From NCBI RefSeq assembly GCF_009914755.1, contig NC_060932.1: a stretch of DNA of 64,000 nt, one strand, 5' to 3'. Source of the DNA: the human T2T-CHM13v2.0 reference genome, Homo sapiens. The notes under the pieces are model-generated. The model saw only the letters and a program-made list of their open reading frames with translations. It was not told where the DNA came from and did no database searches. The first letter of the stretch is position 1; every line of letters starts with the position of its first letter. The position numbers and the translations under genes were made by a program. Below are positions 1 to 13,790 of this stretch, one piece after another.

Positions 1-1389
1 AATTCCAATCTGTAGATATAGATAAAAAACAGGGGCTCAACAAAGCAACAACATGAGAGATTCAGTGAGTAGACTGACTAATGAGATGGGATTAAAATAA
101 CTCAAATTTTATGAGCTGGAATCAGCAAAGTCTATCAAGGGACATGAAATCTACATATAAATATCAAGTCCTTGTAAACATGAATTAAGACAACAATTTT
201 TAACCCAATAGTAAATACAGGAACCCTGGATATACAATGAGACAAATAAATTGTGCTGGGTTTTTGAGGAAACACTACTTTGCTTCAGAAAGATGATATA
301 GACATAGTCTGAGTTTTTTGGAAATAATTTCAGGGAGAAATGAATGTTTTAGAGGCAATAGAGTCACCTAGATTAATTCCATTGAGAAATATTACAATAA
401 AATATACTGGAAAAAATTAAAGCTAAAGGAGTAGCAGTATGTTGCACTTTTCTTTTCCTTATCCATGCTAAAATGAATAGACTCTGGTTTTCTCATCATT
501 GCAACCAGACAGTTAACCTGGAATACTGATTCTCAATCTTAGTTGTGTTAAAATAAACATGGATAATCATAGTAATAATAACACACAATAACTCTGCCCT
601 GATAGAGTTAGGATGTAACACAGTAGATTTATTTTCTGAACTGAATTCAAGAAGGAGGATCCAAGTTGCTCATATTCTAGGAAGAAAATAGACTTCCACT
701 CAGAGATGACACAAAATAATATCAAAGAAATTGCTTATGAAGAACTCGGAATTACAATATAGAGAAAATTACTGAGACTCCAAGATGGTAGAGAAACCAG
801 GTTAAAAGGAAGAAACAACTGGATAAAAAGATCTCTTGTTTCCGAGTCATCATGAAACATAAGGATAGTCAAAAAGTTACAATTAAATAATAGAAAGTTC
901 TAGAGATAATCAGAAAATTAACACTATTTTTATCCACATCCCCCAACTGTGCACATAAATTTCATCATAGTTGCATTTGAAGAAATGATGTGGAAGGCAT
1001 CTAAATTAAGTTGTGAATACAGTCTTGGTACTTTTGAATAACTTTGAAGAGTTCCAGTGCTGTTATGGTGATATAGGTCCCCTACAGCCCATTCAGTCTG
1101 CTGATTTAAACTCTGGACAATATATTAAAAAAAGAAAAGAGGAAAAGAGAAAAAAGAAAAAGTAGGCTCTGATACTTAAATAATCATAGTAAGATTGTGG
1201 TAGAGAGGCAACATCCGATAAAATGACTCCTCCATTATTTGAGTTTCTCACTTTTTCTTTCAACTTTTCCAAGCGTTCTCCACAGTCACGGACTAACACA
1301 GGCAGGGGTGGCTAAGGTTGTTACGGAGGAATCTGGAAAAAGAAAGGAAATAACTGAACAAGAGGACACTCTAATTGTATGAGAACAAA

Positions 1390-1394
<5 letters not shown>

Positions 1395-1421
<27 letters not shown>
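1395..1421. repeat. (CA)n microsatellite
   Basis: About 13 AC units read directly. Confidence 0.95.
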
Positions 1422-1647
1422 TTTGAGTTGCCATATATAAATTAAAGGAATTGAATTGGTTAATAAAAATTTTCCCCAAAGTAAATTCCAGGCCTTAATG
1501 ATTACACTAATGAATTCCATCAAACATTCAAGTAAAAAATAATAGCAATTTAAAAAAAAACTGCATAAAAGAAAGTGGATTAAACACAATCCAACTTATT
1601 TTGGTAGGCCAATATAACTTTAATACAAAGACTGACAAGATTTTAAC

Positions 1648-1752
1648 AAAAAGAACAGAACAAAAAAGAGAAAAGGAAGGAAAAGAAAAAGGAGACAGAG
1701 AAGAAGAGCAAGAAGAGGCAAAAGAAGAGAAATAAGAGAAGGAAGAGGAGAA
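1648..1752. repeat. GA-rich low-complexity tract
   Basis: Nearly pure purine run (aaaagaacag...gaagaggagaa). Confidence 0.85.
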
Positions 1753-2540
1753 CATTATAGATTGATATTTCGCATGGATATAGATGCAATATATCTTAAT
1801 TAAATCTTACCAAATTGATTTTAACAATACATAAAATAAAATAGATATGACAAAGTGGGATTAATCCAAGCAATTCACCAGGTTTTAAAATTTGAAATTA
1901 GTCAATGTAATTAATGATATTACCAAAATAAAGGGGAAAATTATACGAAATAAAAGATCATTTAAACAAATGCATAAAAATCAGTTTACTGCTATTAAAC
2001 ATAAAACTCAAAACACTGTAGGTAGTACTTCCTCAGGCTGACATAGGCCATTTTCTGAAAGAAATTCAGTTAATGTTATTCTTACCTGGTGAAACACTGA
2101 GTTGTTTCCTAAGACCAGAAAGAATATAATAGCTCCTGTTTTAAACATTTTATTGGAAGTCTTAGTAATCACATTTGAACAAATAATAATAATAAAATTA
2201 ATAAACATCAGAATGGAATAAGTACAGATGTCCTTATGTACAAATGAGAATATCAACAAAACTTCTAGAACTAAGATGAACTTAGCAAAGTAACAACATA
2301 AAAGGTAAAACTATTTTAAAAAATCAATTATATATTAGCAAAAAACTATTGGAAAATAAAATATATCTATCTGTATGTCTATCTTTGTGTCAGAGCCAAG
2401 AATACAAAGTGCTTAAGAATGAATCTAATGAAGACATCTAAGACCTCTAAACTAAGAACTGTTAACGATTTTCTGAGAGAAGTTAAAGAAGACCTAAATA
2501 AATGGAAATACATACTATATTCTCTGATGGGAGGAATTAA

Positions 2541-2714
2541 TTTTTTTTATTATACTTTAAGTTCTAAGGTACATGTGCACAATGTGCAGGTTTGTTACAT
2601 ATGTATACATGTGCCATGTTGGTTTGCTGCACCCATTAACTCGTCATTTACATTAGGTATATCTCCTAATGCTATCCCTCCCCCAGCCCCCAACCCCACA
2701 ACAGGCCCCGGTGT
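2541..2714 (-). mobile_element. L1PA (PA4-6-like) 3' UTR end, about 175 bp, inserted antisense in the L1M
   Basis: ttttttttattatactttaagttct...gtacatgtgcacaatgtgcagg...acaggccccggtgt is the reverse complement of the primate L1 3' end. Confidence 0.9.
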
Positions 2715-3821
2715 TGAGATGATAACTTTTTGCAAAGTGATCTATCTACAAATTCAGTATAATTCCAATTAAAAATTTTGCTGAGGTTTTTTTTTTGTGT
2801 GTGTATGTGTGTGGAAATTTGCAACAGGGTTCTAAATTTACAAGGAAATGCATGCTACCAAAAAAATCGAAGAGATTTTTAAAATCAAGAACAAATTTGG
2901 AGGCCTTACCTTGCTTGAATTCAAGACATCACATAAAGTACAGTTATCAAGACAGTTCGTTACTTGGTGAGATGGTATTCATAATACATAAGTAGCACCA
3001 AAAAGACAGTCCAGAATTAGATTCACACATTATATTGCCAATTAATTTTGACAAAGGTGCAAAGGTATTTCAAAGGGGAAAATAATGTCTATTCAAAAAA
3101 TGGTGCTGGGCTAACATGAATACAGACCCTTACCTCACATCATACACAAAGCATTAACTTAATAGGGATCATAGGCTTAAATATAAAAGCTACAAGTATA
3201 GCATTTTTAGAAGAGTGGGAGATGTATTTTTGCCACATTGGCATAGGCAAAGCTTTCTTAGACACAATACAAAACACACGAACCATCTTTTAAAAATGAA
3301 TTAATTATACTTCATTAAAGTTACTTTAAAAAATGTGGTGCACAAATGGCATCCTTAAAAATAAGCCAACCATATACTAGAAGAATTTATTTGAAATTTG
3401 AAATACATACATCACATAGAAGACTTGCAATCAGAATAAAGAATTTTAAAACCTCTATAATTAGGCAAACAGTTGAAATAAAAATGGATAAAAGTAAATT
3501 GACACTTCGTAAAAGAAGGCATAAGAAGGTTAGTTATGACAACCACATGAAAAGCTAAATATCATTAATTATCACAAAAAGCAAATTAAAACCATTGTAA
3601 GATATGATGACACACACCTAGTGATGAGTAAAATAATAATGGTAATAAAGTTATTAGTAATATACGGAAACAACAAAAAGCAACAATGAAAGCAAAAACT
3701 GACTATTCCAAGTGTTGGTGAAAGTCAAGAGAAATTCATACTCTCCTACACTGCTTGTGGGACTGTAAAACAGTTGGCAGTTTATTAAAGGGTTAGATAT
3801 TCACCTGCATATAACCCAGTC

Positions 3822-4217
3822 CTATAGTTCCAATGTGTGTGTCCTTCCAAATTCATATATTGGAACTTAAACCACAAGATCATAGTGTTAAGAAAAGGGA
3901 CCTTTGGGAGTTGATTGGGCCTTTGGGAGTTGATTAAGCCATGAGGACTCCTCATTCATGGATGGGATTAGTGTCCTTATATGTACAATTATTATGTGTC
4001 AGTTAAAAATAATAATAAATACAAAAAAGGGGGCGCTTGGGGAAGTGTCTTAGCTCCATTTGCCTTTCTACCCTTCTGCTATGTGAGCATGCAGCAACAG
4101 GCACCAGCTATGAAGCAGAGTGACCCTTCTCAGACCCCAGAATTGTAAGAAATAAATTTCTATTATTTATAAATTACCCCATCTAAGGTATTTTGTTATA
4201 GCAGCTCAAAGTAGGAC
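3822..4217 (+). mobile_element. MaLR solo LTR (MSTD/MLT1A-like)
   Basis: Begins ctatagttccaatgtgtgtgtccttccaaattcatat and ends gaaataaatttctattatttataaattacccc...ttttgttatagcagc. Confidence 0.8.
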
Positions 4218-5529
4218 ATCTAACCTTCCACTGTTAGGTAATTCCCAATAAATGAAAGTGACTATCTGTACCAAGACTTGTACGTAACTAATAGAGCTTT
4301 ATTTCTAATAGTTCAAATCTGGTAACATCCAAATGCCCCTAAATGGTGAATGAATGGGTAAATTGTAGTATATCCCTGTAATATTATGCTACTTGGCAAT
4401 AAAAAAGCAAATATTTATACATGCAATTACATAATTGAAATAAAACAAAAACATAGATGATTTTCAGAATCCTTATGCTGAGTTAAAGCAGCTAGGGGAT
4501 GAAGAATATGTACTGCATTTACATTTCCAAAATATGCAATCCAATCTATAATAAGAGATAGAAGTTCAATGGTTGTCTATGTATGGTGATGAGGGGAAAA
4601 ATGGGTTACAGAATGGGTCCATGGATGGTGTTGAGGGGAAAAATGGGTTACAGGAAGCCTTTGGGGATGTTCACTATCTTGGTATGGTGAAAGTTTCTCA
4701 GATATTTTTATTTGTCAAAACTTATTATATTGTTTACTCAAAATCTGTACAATTTTTTAATACATCAAGTTTACCTCAACAAAATGTTTTCTTAAAAGCA
4801 CCTCCAGCCACTCATTAATCCCAATTTAAGCTTTTTCTGGCTAAAGGAATATAGAAATAATTGTCTTCATAGTTAAATTCCTTTATTTCCATACTGTGTT
4901 TAATTATAAAAACAACAGCAACACTAAGCAATAGCATTAAAATACTAAAAGTTACTCACCTGTCCCCTAGAGTGATTATATTATGACTAAAACCCAAGGT
5001 GGTGTTAATCATAATGTTTAAAAATTTAGAGAGCAGAAAAATTTCTTGCTCAAATGTTTCATGGTTAACCAATGATATTCAATCTAGTAAATATTAACAA
5101 TACCACCAAAATGTAAAAAACAGTATAAATTATCTAACATATTATGTTTAAAAACATCCAACAAAACCAAGAAGAACACAAGTTTATTCTGGTTTATTTA
5201 CTTATTTTCCTTTAGTCTGCAAACTTGCACACTCACTAGGATCCAAAAGAGAAAAGATTATCTCTAGGACATAAAAGCAATAAAAAATTATTGTTACATC
5301 TGAAATCCATAAATTCATCATTATATGAAGGCCAGCCTCAGGCAAAATGGAAAAACAAAAGACGATTAGGGATAAAAAAAACCTTCGTATAGTAGGCATA
5401 AATAATATTTGTGTTTGAGACAATGAATAACAATCACATTCATCTATAAATAATCCAAACTGTACAAACAAAGGTACTCAAGTATTCCTTAGCTTATTGT
5501 GTGACCAGTCCTAAGTCTTCCTAATTTAA

Positions 5530-5810
5530 CCCCCATGTTTACATCTCTTTTAGACCTCTAAATGTTGAAATCTCCAGATTAGACCTCGGATTTTTTTGAT
5601 ATTTCTATGCCTACTGTTTCTGTGGTCTTTTCAGCATTTACACAGAACTTATATGATCACGACTCCATGACTCTTTTGAATTCCAGATGTATGTATTCAA
5701 CAGCATAGTCAATATCTTCACTAGGATGTCTTAATTTCATCTTAACTTTAATATACCTAGATAGGAAATTTTTCTTATTCTACTAATATCAGCTTTCAGC
5801 CCTGCCCAGA
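5530..5810 (+). mobile_element. L2 fragment
   Basis: ttccagatgtatgtattcaac...atcttcactaggatgtct...catcttaactttaatata resembles the L2 core. Confidence 0.55.
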
Positions 5811-8133
5811 GTCTTGTATTTTGATAAGTGGGTAAGAAAACAGTGAGGATGTGGCTGTGATGCTCTGGTTTTCTTTTTATTTGATAATTCTTCATAGAGG
5901 TTTTAGCGATCTTGATTTTACAATGCCACTTGAATAGGGAGAGTATACAATGCATGGCAGGGCTGCTTTGACTGAAATGTCCTCTCAATTTTTGAATATG
6001 GAGCCACTCTTTTATTATTTAATGTTTCTCGATAACCTAAAAGACTGGAACGTTGAGTTTCTACATCTTTGTTTTGTTTTATTTATTGTAGTATATTATT
6101 TGTGGGTTTTTAAAAATTATAAAGATTCATGTTGTACAATAAAAGGTATTGCTACTATTGAGTGGGAATATTCTTATCTATCTACTATCTACTGTTCCTT
6201 TCAAAGAGGGAGCCAACCCCAGTAGCTTTTGTTCACATTGTAAGGTCAAGCATTGGATTTGGTTCATATCCCAATAGCACCTGTCTCCAAAGGATGAGAG
6301 AACTTAGTCTCCTCTGGCTACAATAGTCGATTTTTACTTTGTTATATATTGAAGGCAATGCTACCACAGGTGTGAAGATTAAAAACTTTTAAAAATCTTT
6401 CTTATTTGTTACTTTACTTAAGTAAGAAATAAAGGCCAGAGATACAGATCAAACTATATCAATATGTAAATATGAATATGAAAAAATAACTATTTTTACT
6501 CTTGGAATGTGCATTCTTGCTGTTATTTTTCAACATATCAGCATAAGCATGCATTTTACTCATATTTTAAATGCTTTCCTAATGCATAACTATTTTATGT
6601 GAACTCAATTTTTCCTCTTTTTGTTCCCATGGATGTCATTACTTTATACAATCTCAATGTTCATATAAGTAGAATTCTAATATCTTTATATATTGTAATT
6701 GTGACTTTAAAATATTTTAGCCTGTCTTTAATCTTCTCCTTGTCTTCATTATGCAATGCATTTTCATTTAGAAAAAAATTTAAATCTTAACTTTATACCG
6801 CTCTCCAGTTTCTTCTCAATATTTCCCCCAAGAGTGATTTAAAAAATACTTCCCCTCATATTTTTTATCTCTTTCACTAGTAACTCATTTTACTTTCGTC
6901 CTTACTTAGAGATGAATTTTCTCACCTTTGCTTTACCCGCAGGATTTAAAGAAAGGTTTTGACTGTTCTATTTTGCCATCACTCTGTATGTTTGTCAGTT
7001 ATATTTTACTAGTTAAGTAATTGAGGAAATAGCATAAAAGTATTTACATGGGTTTCAATAGCTACTAGCAAAATTGTTCAGCATCCCTCTCTCAAGGACA
7101 TTTTAATCTTTTTTTTTTTATTCCTTCCTTGAGACCCACTGGGAAAAAGAATTCAATGTTTACTGTTGGCCTACATGGATTCTGACAAAAGGGCATTGTT
7201 TTTCATTTTGTCTAAGGAGCAGAATTACATTCATTGTGTCAGCTGGACTCATGATTACATCCTTCCTCTTGAAGACAATGATACTGGGTTTTATAGTGAA
7301 GGACATGGGGAATACTTTATCTTCCCTGTGTTTGCATGAGGAGACCATGTGACATTTACTATCATTTTCCATCTCTAAAATCATTGCCTTGTTATAAAAG
7401 CTTATGATCAAATTATTTTGCTATGAACAGGTATTACTAAAATCCTTGTTTGCAAAATAATAGAGAGGGAAGGAAAGACAAGAGGAAAGAAGACAGGAGC
7501 CTGTGATTATTTTAAGCAGTGAAAACATTTAATGTAAGAATATTAGGGAGCTTACAACATTGAAGTACACAAATTCAGTGATGTCAGCTCCTTTGTGTCG
7601 GTACCAGCTCTTGGGTCCCTTTGGCAGTGTGAGCAGGGCAAATACACAGCTTATCATATGTAACAGTGATTGACCAAGAGGAAAATGCAACACTAGGAAA
7701 ACTGAAAAGCCAATTTAAAATGTAGTAAAAAATTATTTGGTGGAGTTTAAAAAAAAATTCTCAAGGTTTTTATGATTTTTGGACACTTTCGTAGCTCACT
7801 GGTTTTAATCACAAATACATCTGTCAAAGTAAACTCTTTTATGTATTTCATTGCAATAATTCTTATATTTTAAAATTGTATTGCTGTGTTTCAAAGAGAA
7901 GTCTGTTTCTTTTTAATACTGTTTGACATATATTGATTATTTATGGAAAACACCCTTAATTTAATAAAAAGTATTTTCCCAATCTTGTGGTCTCATTATA
8001 ATAAAGAGCAAGTGTTCTAGGATAGTCTGTGGGTCTCAGAAACCATATCTGCACCAATAGAGAGAGGCAAAGGAGATTTCTGGAAAGGCTGGGAAAATAG
8101 AAAAAAAATGTTGAAATTGGAATTCTAAACATA

Positions 8134-9274
8134 CTGCATTAAATAAGAAATAAATCCAGACTTACTAAGGAGAGACTTTATTCACCTGAATCATTGCAAG
8201 AGGAGGGAGAAGAATTATTCCAATGTGGGAAAGGAAATATCACAATAGGGAGAATACTCCAGATCAAAATATCTGCAAGGATTAGGCAAAAAAGATTTCT
8301 GTACTATAGGGAGGAGTGAACAAAGAAAAAAATCAGATGTCTTGCTGTACTAGCAGATCAGAGAATGATCATGAAGCCAGCCTATTCTTGGGAGGGACTG
8401 CTAAGGAGGGGATGTATTTTGTCTCTAGCAGGGTGAAGACCAAAATGCAAGGACCTAGGGGAAAAGAAGATACTTAACCAAAGTTTCATTGACAAGTATT
8501 TTGTTCTGATTAAACAATGAGGACAAGTAGTGCAGCTAATCATATATGAGGCAAAGAATGGCAATTTGGAGAGTCTGCTTTTGGCCTTGTCACAGGTGAA
8601 AAAAAAGACAGCATCCATGAATCTTCTCTAAGGCATATAAGAAGGGTTGTTCTTTGCAGTAAGTCCTTTTAGGGAACACAAAATGTTAGAGGAATTTCTT
8701 AATCTTTGCTGTTTTCCAGGATCACAAGTGACCAAGACAGTCATAATATTCTCCTCAGCTTGACTCAACTTTAGCAAGCTTCTTATGACTCTGGGCAGCT
8801 GACCTTCCTCTTCTTAGAAAATTTCTTCAGAAAATTTACTATTGTAAATTTTTTCTCTGCCTCTATGAGATGTAAATCTTTACCCAGCCACTTGCCAGTT
8901 TTACAACCCAGGAATTTCTTTCTCAAGGACCCTACACAGCCATCCATTTGAAATAAAATTATTAAGAAAAATAGAGCTTCTCTCTTCTAGTCTTTGTAGG
9001 AGGGTAGGAGCCTAAGTTCAATATAAGCCAATTAATAAACACAGATGACTTAATCATATTGACCAACCTTCCACTTAATGTACTCTAGTACTTTTCATGA
9101 GCTCATCCAGCATTAAAAAATTCCTTTGCAGTTTGCTTCAGTGGAGTTGAGTTTTATCTCTTTTGTTTATTGCAGTAGTCTTCACTCCTACTGCAATAGT
9201 ATTGAATAAAGTCTTCCTTGACTGTTTAACTTGTCCAGTGCAATTTTTTATGTAGGTTCAAGTAAAGTTCAACA
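8134..9274 (-). mobile_element. MER67-like ERV1 LTR, split by a MER31 insertion
   Basis: ccagacttactaaggagagactttattc at the left; the terminus gttttccaggatcacaag...ggttcaagtaaagttcaaca resumes after MER31. Confidence 0.7.
8729..9252 (+). mobile_element. MER31-like ERV1 solo LTR nested in MER67
   Basis: tgaccaagacag...cctcagcttgactcaactttag...tgaataaagtcttccttgactgtttaacttgtccagtgcaattttt. Confidence 0.8.
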
Positions 9275-10249
9275 CTGTCATAACTAAAGGGATTCTTCAG
9301 TATTTAACTTTTTTTTTAGTTATCACATTTTTGCCTTCATATTTGTTTTTGTTAGTTTATTTTACATAATTGAAATATCCGCTGTGGACTTTTATCCACA
9401 GTAGTCTTGGGAAAGAATTGATAATCTCACCCAACATCAAAATTAATTTTGCTTTAAGAAAGAAGCCAAAAATAGCAAAGCATGCAAAAACAATCACACA
9501 GTGAAGGTGTAGTTACTTCCAGGCAGTTTCTATTGTCCGACTTAGGAGGTTCAGGGTCACAAGTACTACGGCTGAAAGTTCATGGAAAATCTCAGCAAGG
9601 GAGAACCTCAGCAAGGGAAAGCCCTAAGTTCTGGGGTAACTTACAGATTTATACATGGTCTATACAGGGCATGTGGTCATGAGTTCCACAGCTTCTTCAG
9701 CTGTGCCTAACTAGCCCATACCCCATTGAAGCTGTGTTATCTGATCACTCACAACTTGATCTCAACAGTGAGGGGCTTGGTCCACTGCAGTCCACATCCT
9801 AAGTCTAAATACATATCCTCCTGTAAATTTCCTGAGTAAATGTTTCTAGGAAAACTGTCCAAGAAGATAAAATCTTCAGGTATCACTGAGGGAGGGGAGG
9901 CTAAGGAATAAGCTAAAAATCCTTTCCAAAGGCTTTATTGGAAGCCAAACAATGTATACCATATTTAGTATATTATTTTGCTTTTCTTTTCTTCTTGTGG
10001 CATTTTATTTTAGGTGTTTTAACCCTTATTATTTATTTTATTAATTAATTATTGCTGCATTTAGGACTTTGTCCACCTGGTACAGGAGATAGTGTAATGG
10101 AGTAGCAATTTGAACTACACATCTAGTTCACAATATAGAATGAGAGTTTGTCTTTAAACATAAGGGCATTATATTCAGGATTTTATTACAAAAATGCAAT
10201 TCATTAAGTTTATTTTTAATTTTCATATTTTAATATGACTTGTTTTGCA

Positions 10250-11460
10250 TAAGTTGTGTTTGTATAAATTCTAATAATAAAAATTTGTAGAAATATGGAG
10301 AGTATAAAGTCAAAGCAGACATTAACCTAGCTTGCCGTTGTAATGAGTACCCTCAGAGATAACCAAAATTAATAGTTTAAAATAGGCTGGGTATAGTGGC
10401 TCACACCTGTAATCCTGGCACTTTGGGAGGCTGAAGCAGGAGGATCAGTTGATGCCTGGAGTTAGTGACCAGGCTGGACAAAATAGTGAGACCTTGTCTC
10501 TACAAAATATCAAAAATTAGTTGGACATAGTAGCACGTGCTTGTAGTCCCAGCAACTCAGGAGGCTGAGGTGGGAGGATTGCCAGAGCCTAAGACCCTGT
10601 CTCATTAAACAATAATAATAATAATAAAGAGAATAAAAAGAAAGACAAAAATAAATACACGTTTCAGTTTTTGTCTAGGCATGTATTTCTTTCACATCCT
10701 CTCTCGCTCTCTCTCTCTCTTTTTCCATAAATAGTTAATATCCTAATGAAATAACACTTCATGTATATTTCCCCCAACAAATTGTTTTTCCCCTTTAACA
10801 ACACATTTTAGAGCTTATATATATTAGTTCTCATATAATCCAGGCACAATTTTCTATATTCTCCATATTCTCGTGGTATAAATGTCTGAAGGTCTACTTT
10901 GGATTGTAGTTTCAACATTTATTGCTTGTATGCTCTCAACTAACTTTATCTTTAAAATATAGATAATGAATGGCCTTACTTCGTAGGTTCATTTTCAAGT
11001 AGTAAATGAATTAATAAATTGAACTTATTAAATTTGTTTAGTTGGTGCTCAATAAAGTTTATAAAATATGGCTACTATTTAAATATTTAGCTTTGTACAT
11101 AAACATTATGCAGATATGTGGATATTTTTCATAAGAGGAGAACTGCTGAATAAGCACATAATAAGATTGGGCACTTTCTATGTAATTGCCCACCCCAAAG
11201 TGTATACTAATACATATATTCCACTACAGTAAATGAGAGTTTTTGATTTTCCACATTCTTGGCAATATTTGATATTAACCAAACTTTAAAGCTATGACTA
11301 ATCAGATGCTGAAGAATTAATAGATCATTTTACTGTGATTTTTATTTTCCTAATTCCAGTTTTACTATACATAGTTTCATATGCTTATGAGCAAAATTGT
11401 CTTCCTACTTTTATTTATCATATCCTCATATTCCCAGTTCTTTTCTCTGCTGAATTAATT
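10250..11460 (-). mobile_element. Ancient L1ME-type 3' region (host of an AluJ)
   Basis: Degenerate antisense L1M 3' motifs (caaagtgtatactaat...ccactacagtaaatgagagtt...ttttccacattcttggcaatatttg). Confidence 0.55.
10385..10628 (+). mobile_element. AluJ with an internal deletion in the right arm and an (AAT)n tail
   Basis: ggctgggtatagtggctcacacctgtaatcc...aggaggatc...atagtgagaccttgtctctacaaaa; the right arm jumps from gagcct to aagaccctgtctc. Confidence 0.9.
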
Positions 11461-11532
11461 GGTTAAATTATAAATTACATTTTAATTTTCAGAGTTCTCA
11501 GAGAAGTGTTCCATGATTTGGTCCAGGTTTGG

Positions 11533-12388
11533 TGTTACTGAAGCACCAGGGGTTTGGTCTAGATCCTGCTGATTGCTGCACAGAAAGCCAGTCACTGAGA
11601 CAATGAGTACTTCCAGGAAAGAAGGTTTTATTTGGGTGTTGCACCTGAGCAGATGGAAGATCAGTCTTAAATTTATCTCTGGCCTAATAAAATTGAGGGT
11701 TTATACAGTGGGGAAATAATGTATCTACATGTGGCTAAAGAGAAATTAGGGATGGCTAGAAAATCATGAGGGATGAGGGTTGATACAGTGTGGATATTTT
11801 TCCCCTTCAAATTTCATGTTGAAATGTAATCCCCATTGTTGGAGGTGGGGCATGATAGAAGGTGTTTGAATCATTGGGGTGGATCAATGGCTTAGTGACA
11901 TCCCCTTGGTGATGAGTGAGTTCATGTGATATCTGGTTGTTTAAAAGTGTGTGACACCTTTCCCCATCTTGCTCCCACTCTTGCCCTGTGATGTGCCTGC
12001 TCCCACTTTGCCTTCTACAAGGAATAAAAATTCCCTGAGGTGTCCCCAAAAGCCGAGCAGATGCCAGCATAGTGGTTCCTATAAAGCTTGCAGAACTGTG
12101 AGCCAATTAAACCTCTTTTCTTTATAAATTACTCAGCCTCAGGTATTTCTTTATAGCAATGCAAGAATGGCCTAATTCAAGGGATCTGGCTTCCCATTGT
12201 CTGGATGTGGTGACCTGGTGAATTTAAGTTTCTCAATACTATCTGGGAGGCCTGAGGGTCGGTTTCCTGAGGAAGGAACTCAGATAAGACAAATGCAAGC
12301 TTCAAACTTTAAGACCTGGAGGGTCAGTTTCTGTGTTTATTCTGAAAGACTGTAAATATCAGTTCTATGGGACACTTAAGCTGATCAC
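11533..12388 (-). mobile_element. MER4-group ERV1 LTR (MER39-like), split by MSTB
   Basis: tgttactgaagcaccaggggtttggtctag...; resumes after MSTB with gtttcctgaggaaggaactcagataagacaaatg...agttctatgggac. Confidence 0.7.
11781..12179 (+). mobile_element. MSTB-like MaLR solo LTR
   Basis: TG...CA termini, gagccaattaaacctcttttctttataaattac, and a 5-bp TSD agggt/aggga with one mismatch. Confidence 0.9.
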
Positions 12389-13053
12389 GTTGGTAGCTGC
12401 ATTTAATGGGAAAGACAGAGTAGAGCATACTTTTTTCAATCTTCTCTGGAACTAGAATGGAAAAACCTGGTTTTAATATTGTTTATTGTTTTGTCTTGTT
12501 TTTTATTTATTTTCTATATGTTTGGCCTACATCACACCCTATTATTTTTCAAAGGTGACATAAAAAATGCAGAGATATTTTAGAGCCTCTTACTTATTAG
12601 AAAAATATTCCACCAATGCTATGAATTATATTTTCAAAAATTATAAAGATTTTTATTTTATATTTTACTTTTTATAATTTTAATTTATAAAACATGTTAA
12701 TAAATATCACTTTTTTACTTTTTATGAGTTTTAATTACTTTTATATCAGATTGATTTTTCTTAAAAATACATAATTAAATTTCATTAAAAATCTTTATTT
12801 CATAGAAAACCAAGATTTTATGCATCGCTATTACTGATATTTGAATCTAAGCTCCATTTATTATAGGAATGTGTTTCTCAACTAATGCAATAACACAGTA
12901 GCAAGGAATAATATTATTTGGTCAAATTTGATGCAAATAAATATAAAATCTATTTTGACACAACTAGGAGAATCAGCTATTACCATCAAATGAAAGGTTA
13001 AGTGCAGTTTGGCATGCAACATGGTATTTGACAGGATACAATTACTAGTAAAT

Positions 13054-13441
13054 TGCTATGGTCTGAAATTTGTGTCCCCCCAAAATTTACATATTGAAAC
13101 TTTATCCTTAATGCAATAGTATTATTAGGTGAAATCTTTGGGAAGTGATTGGGTGTCGAGGGCAGACCACTCATGAATGGGCTTGGTACCCTTATAAATG
13201 AGGCCTAACAGAGCTTGTGTGCCCCTTCCATTGCCCCATCCATTTCCCCTTCCACCTTGTGAGGGTGCATGGGAAAGGTGCCATTTGTGAAGCAGACAGC
13301 AAACCCTCACCAGACACCAAATCTGCTGGCATCTTAATCTTGTACTTCCCAACTTCTAAATCTGTAAGAAATAGATTTCTGTTATATATAAGCTACCCAG
13401 TTTAATGTATTTTGTTATAGCAGTCTGAATGCACTAAGACA
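13054..13441 (+). mobile_element. MLT1A-like MaLR solo LTR
   Basis: tgctatggtctgaa...gcactaagaca with a perfect 5-bp TSD TAAAT (13049-13053 and 13442-13446). Confidence 0.9.
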
Positions 13442-13790
13442 TAAATATATTAGGCATAAATATAATCCTATGCTAAAGGTAATCCTGTGTATACTGAAAT
13501 ATTGAAAGTACTTTGCTTTTTTATTATGAAAGAACACATCAAGTTAGCAAACAGTCTTATTTAGTCAGTTACATATGCTGAAACAGTGAACAAGGAAACA
13601 ATGTAATAATAATCACTGGAAACTCTTCAAGAGCACTGCTAAAAATTCTAGTATCCAGTAGTGTTCCAGCAGTATAAAAAGTGTCTTAACAGTTTATGGG
13701 AGAATCAGAAATATCTGATTGTGTGATTAAAGAAATGTGCGCTGGGTGTGTCTTCATTGCTATTTACTTTGCAATAGGAATAAAGAATAT

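Larger units (their letters stand above)
1430..4797 (+). mobile_element. Ancient L1M (L1MC/MD/ME-type) ORF2 to 3' end, interrupted by a GA-rich tract, an L1PA 3' end and a MaLR LTR
   Basis: Degenerate ORF2 motifs (gacctaaataaatggaaa, attttgacaaaggtgcaaagg, gacccttacctcacatcatacacaaa) and an L1M-type 3' terminus (gtcaaaact...ttacctcaacaaaa). Confidence 0.8.
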
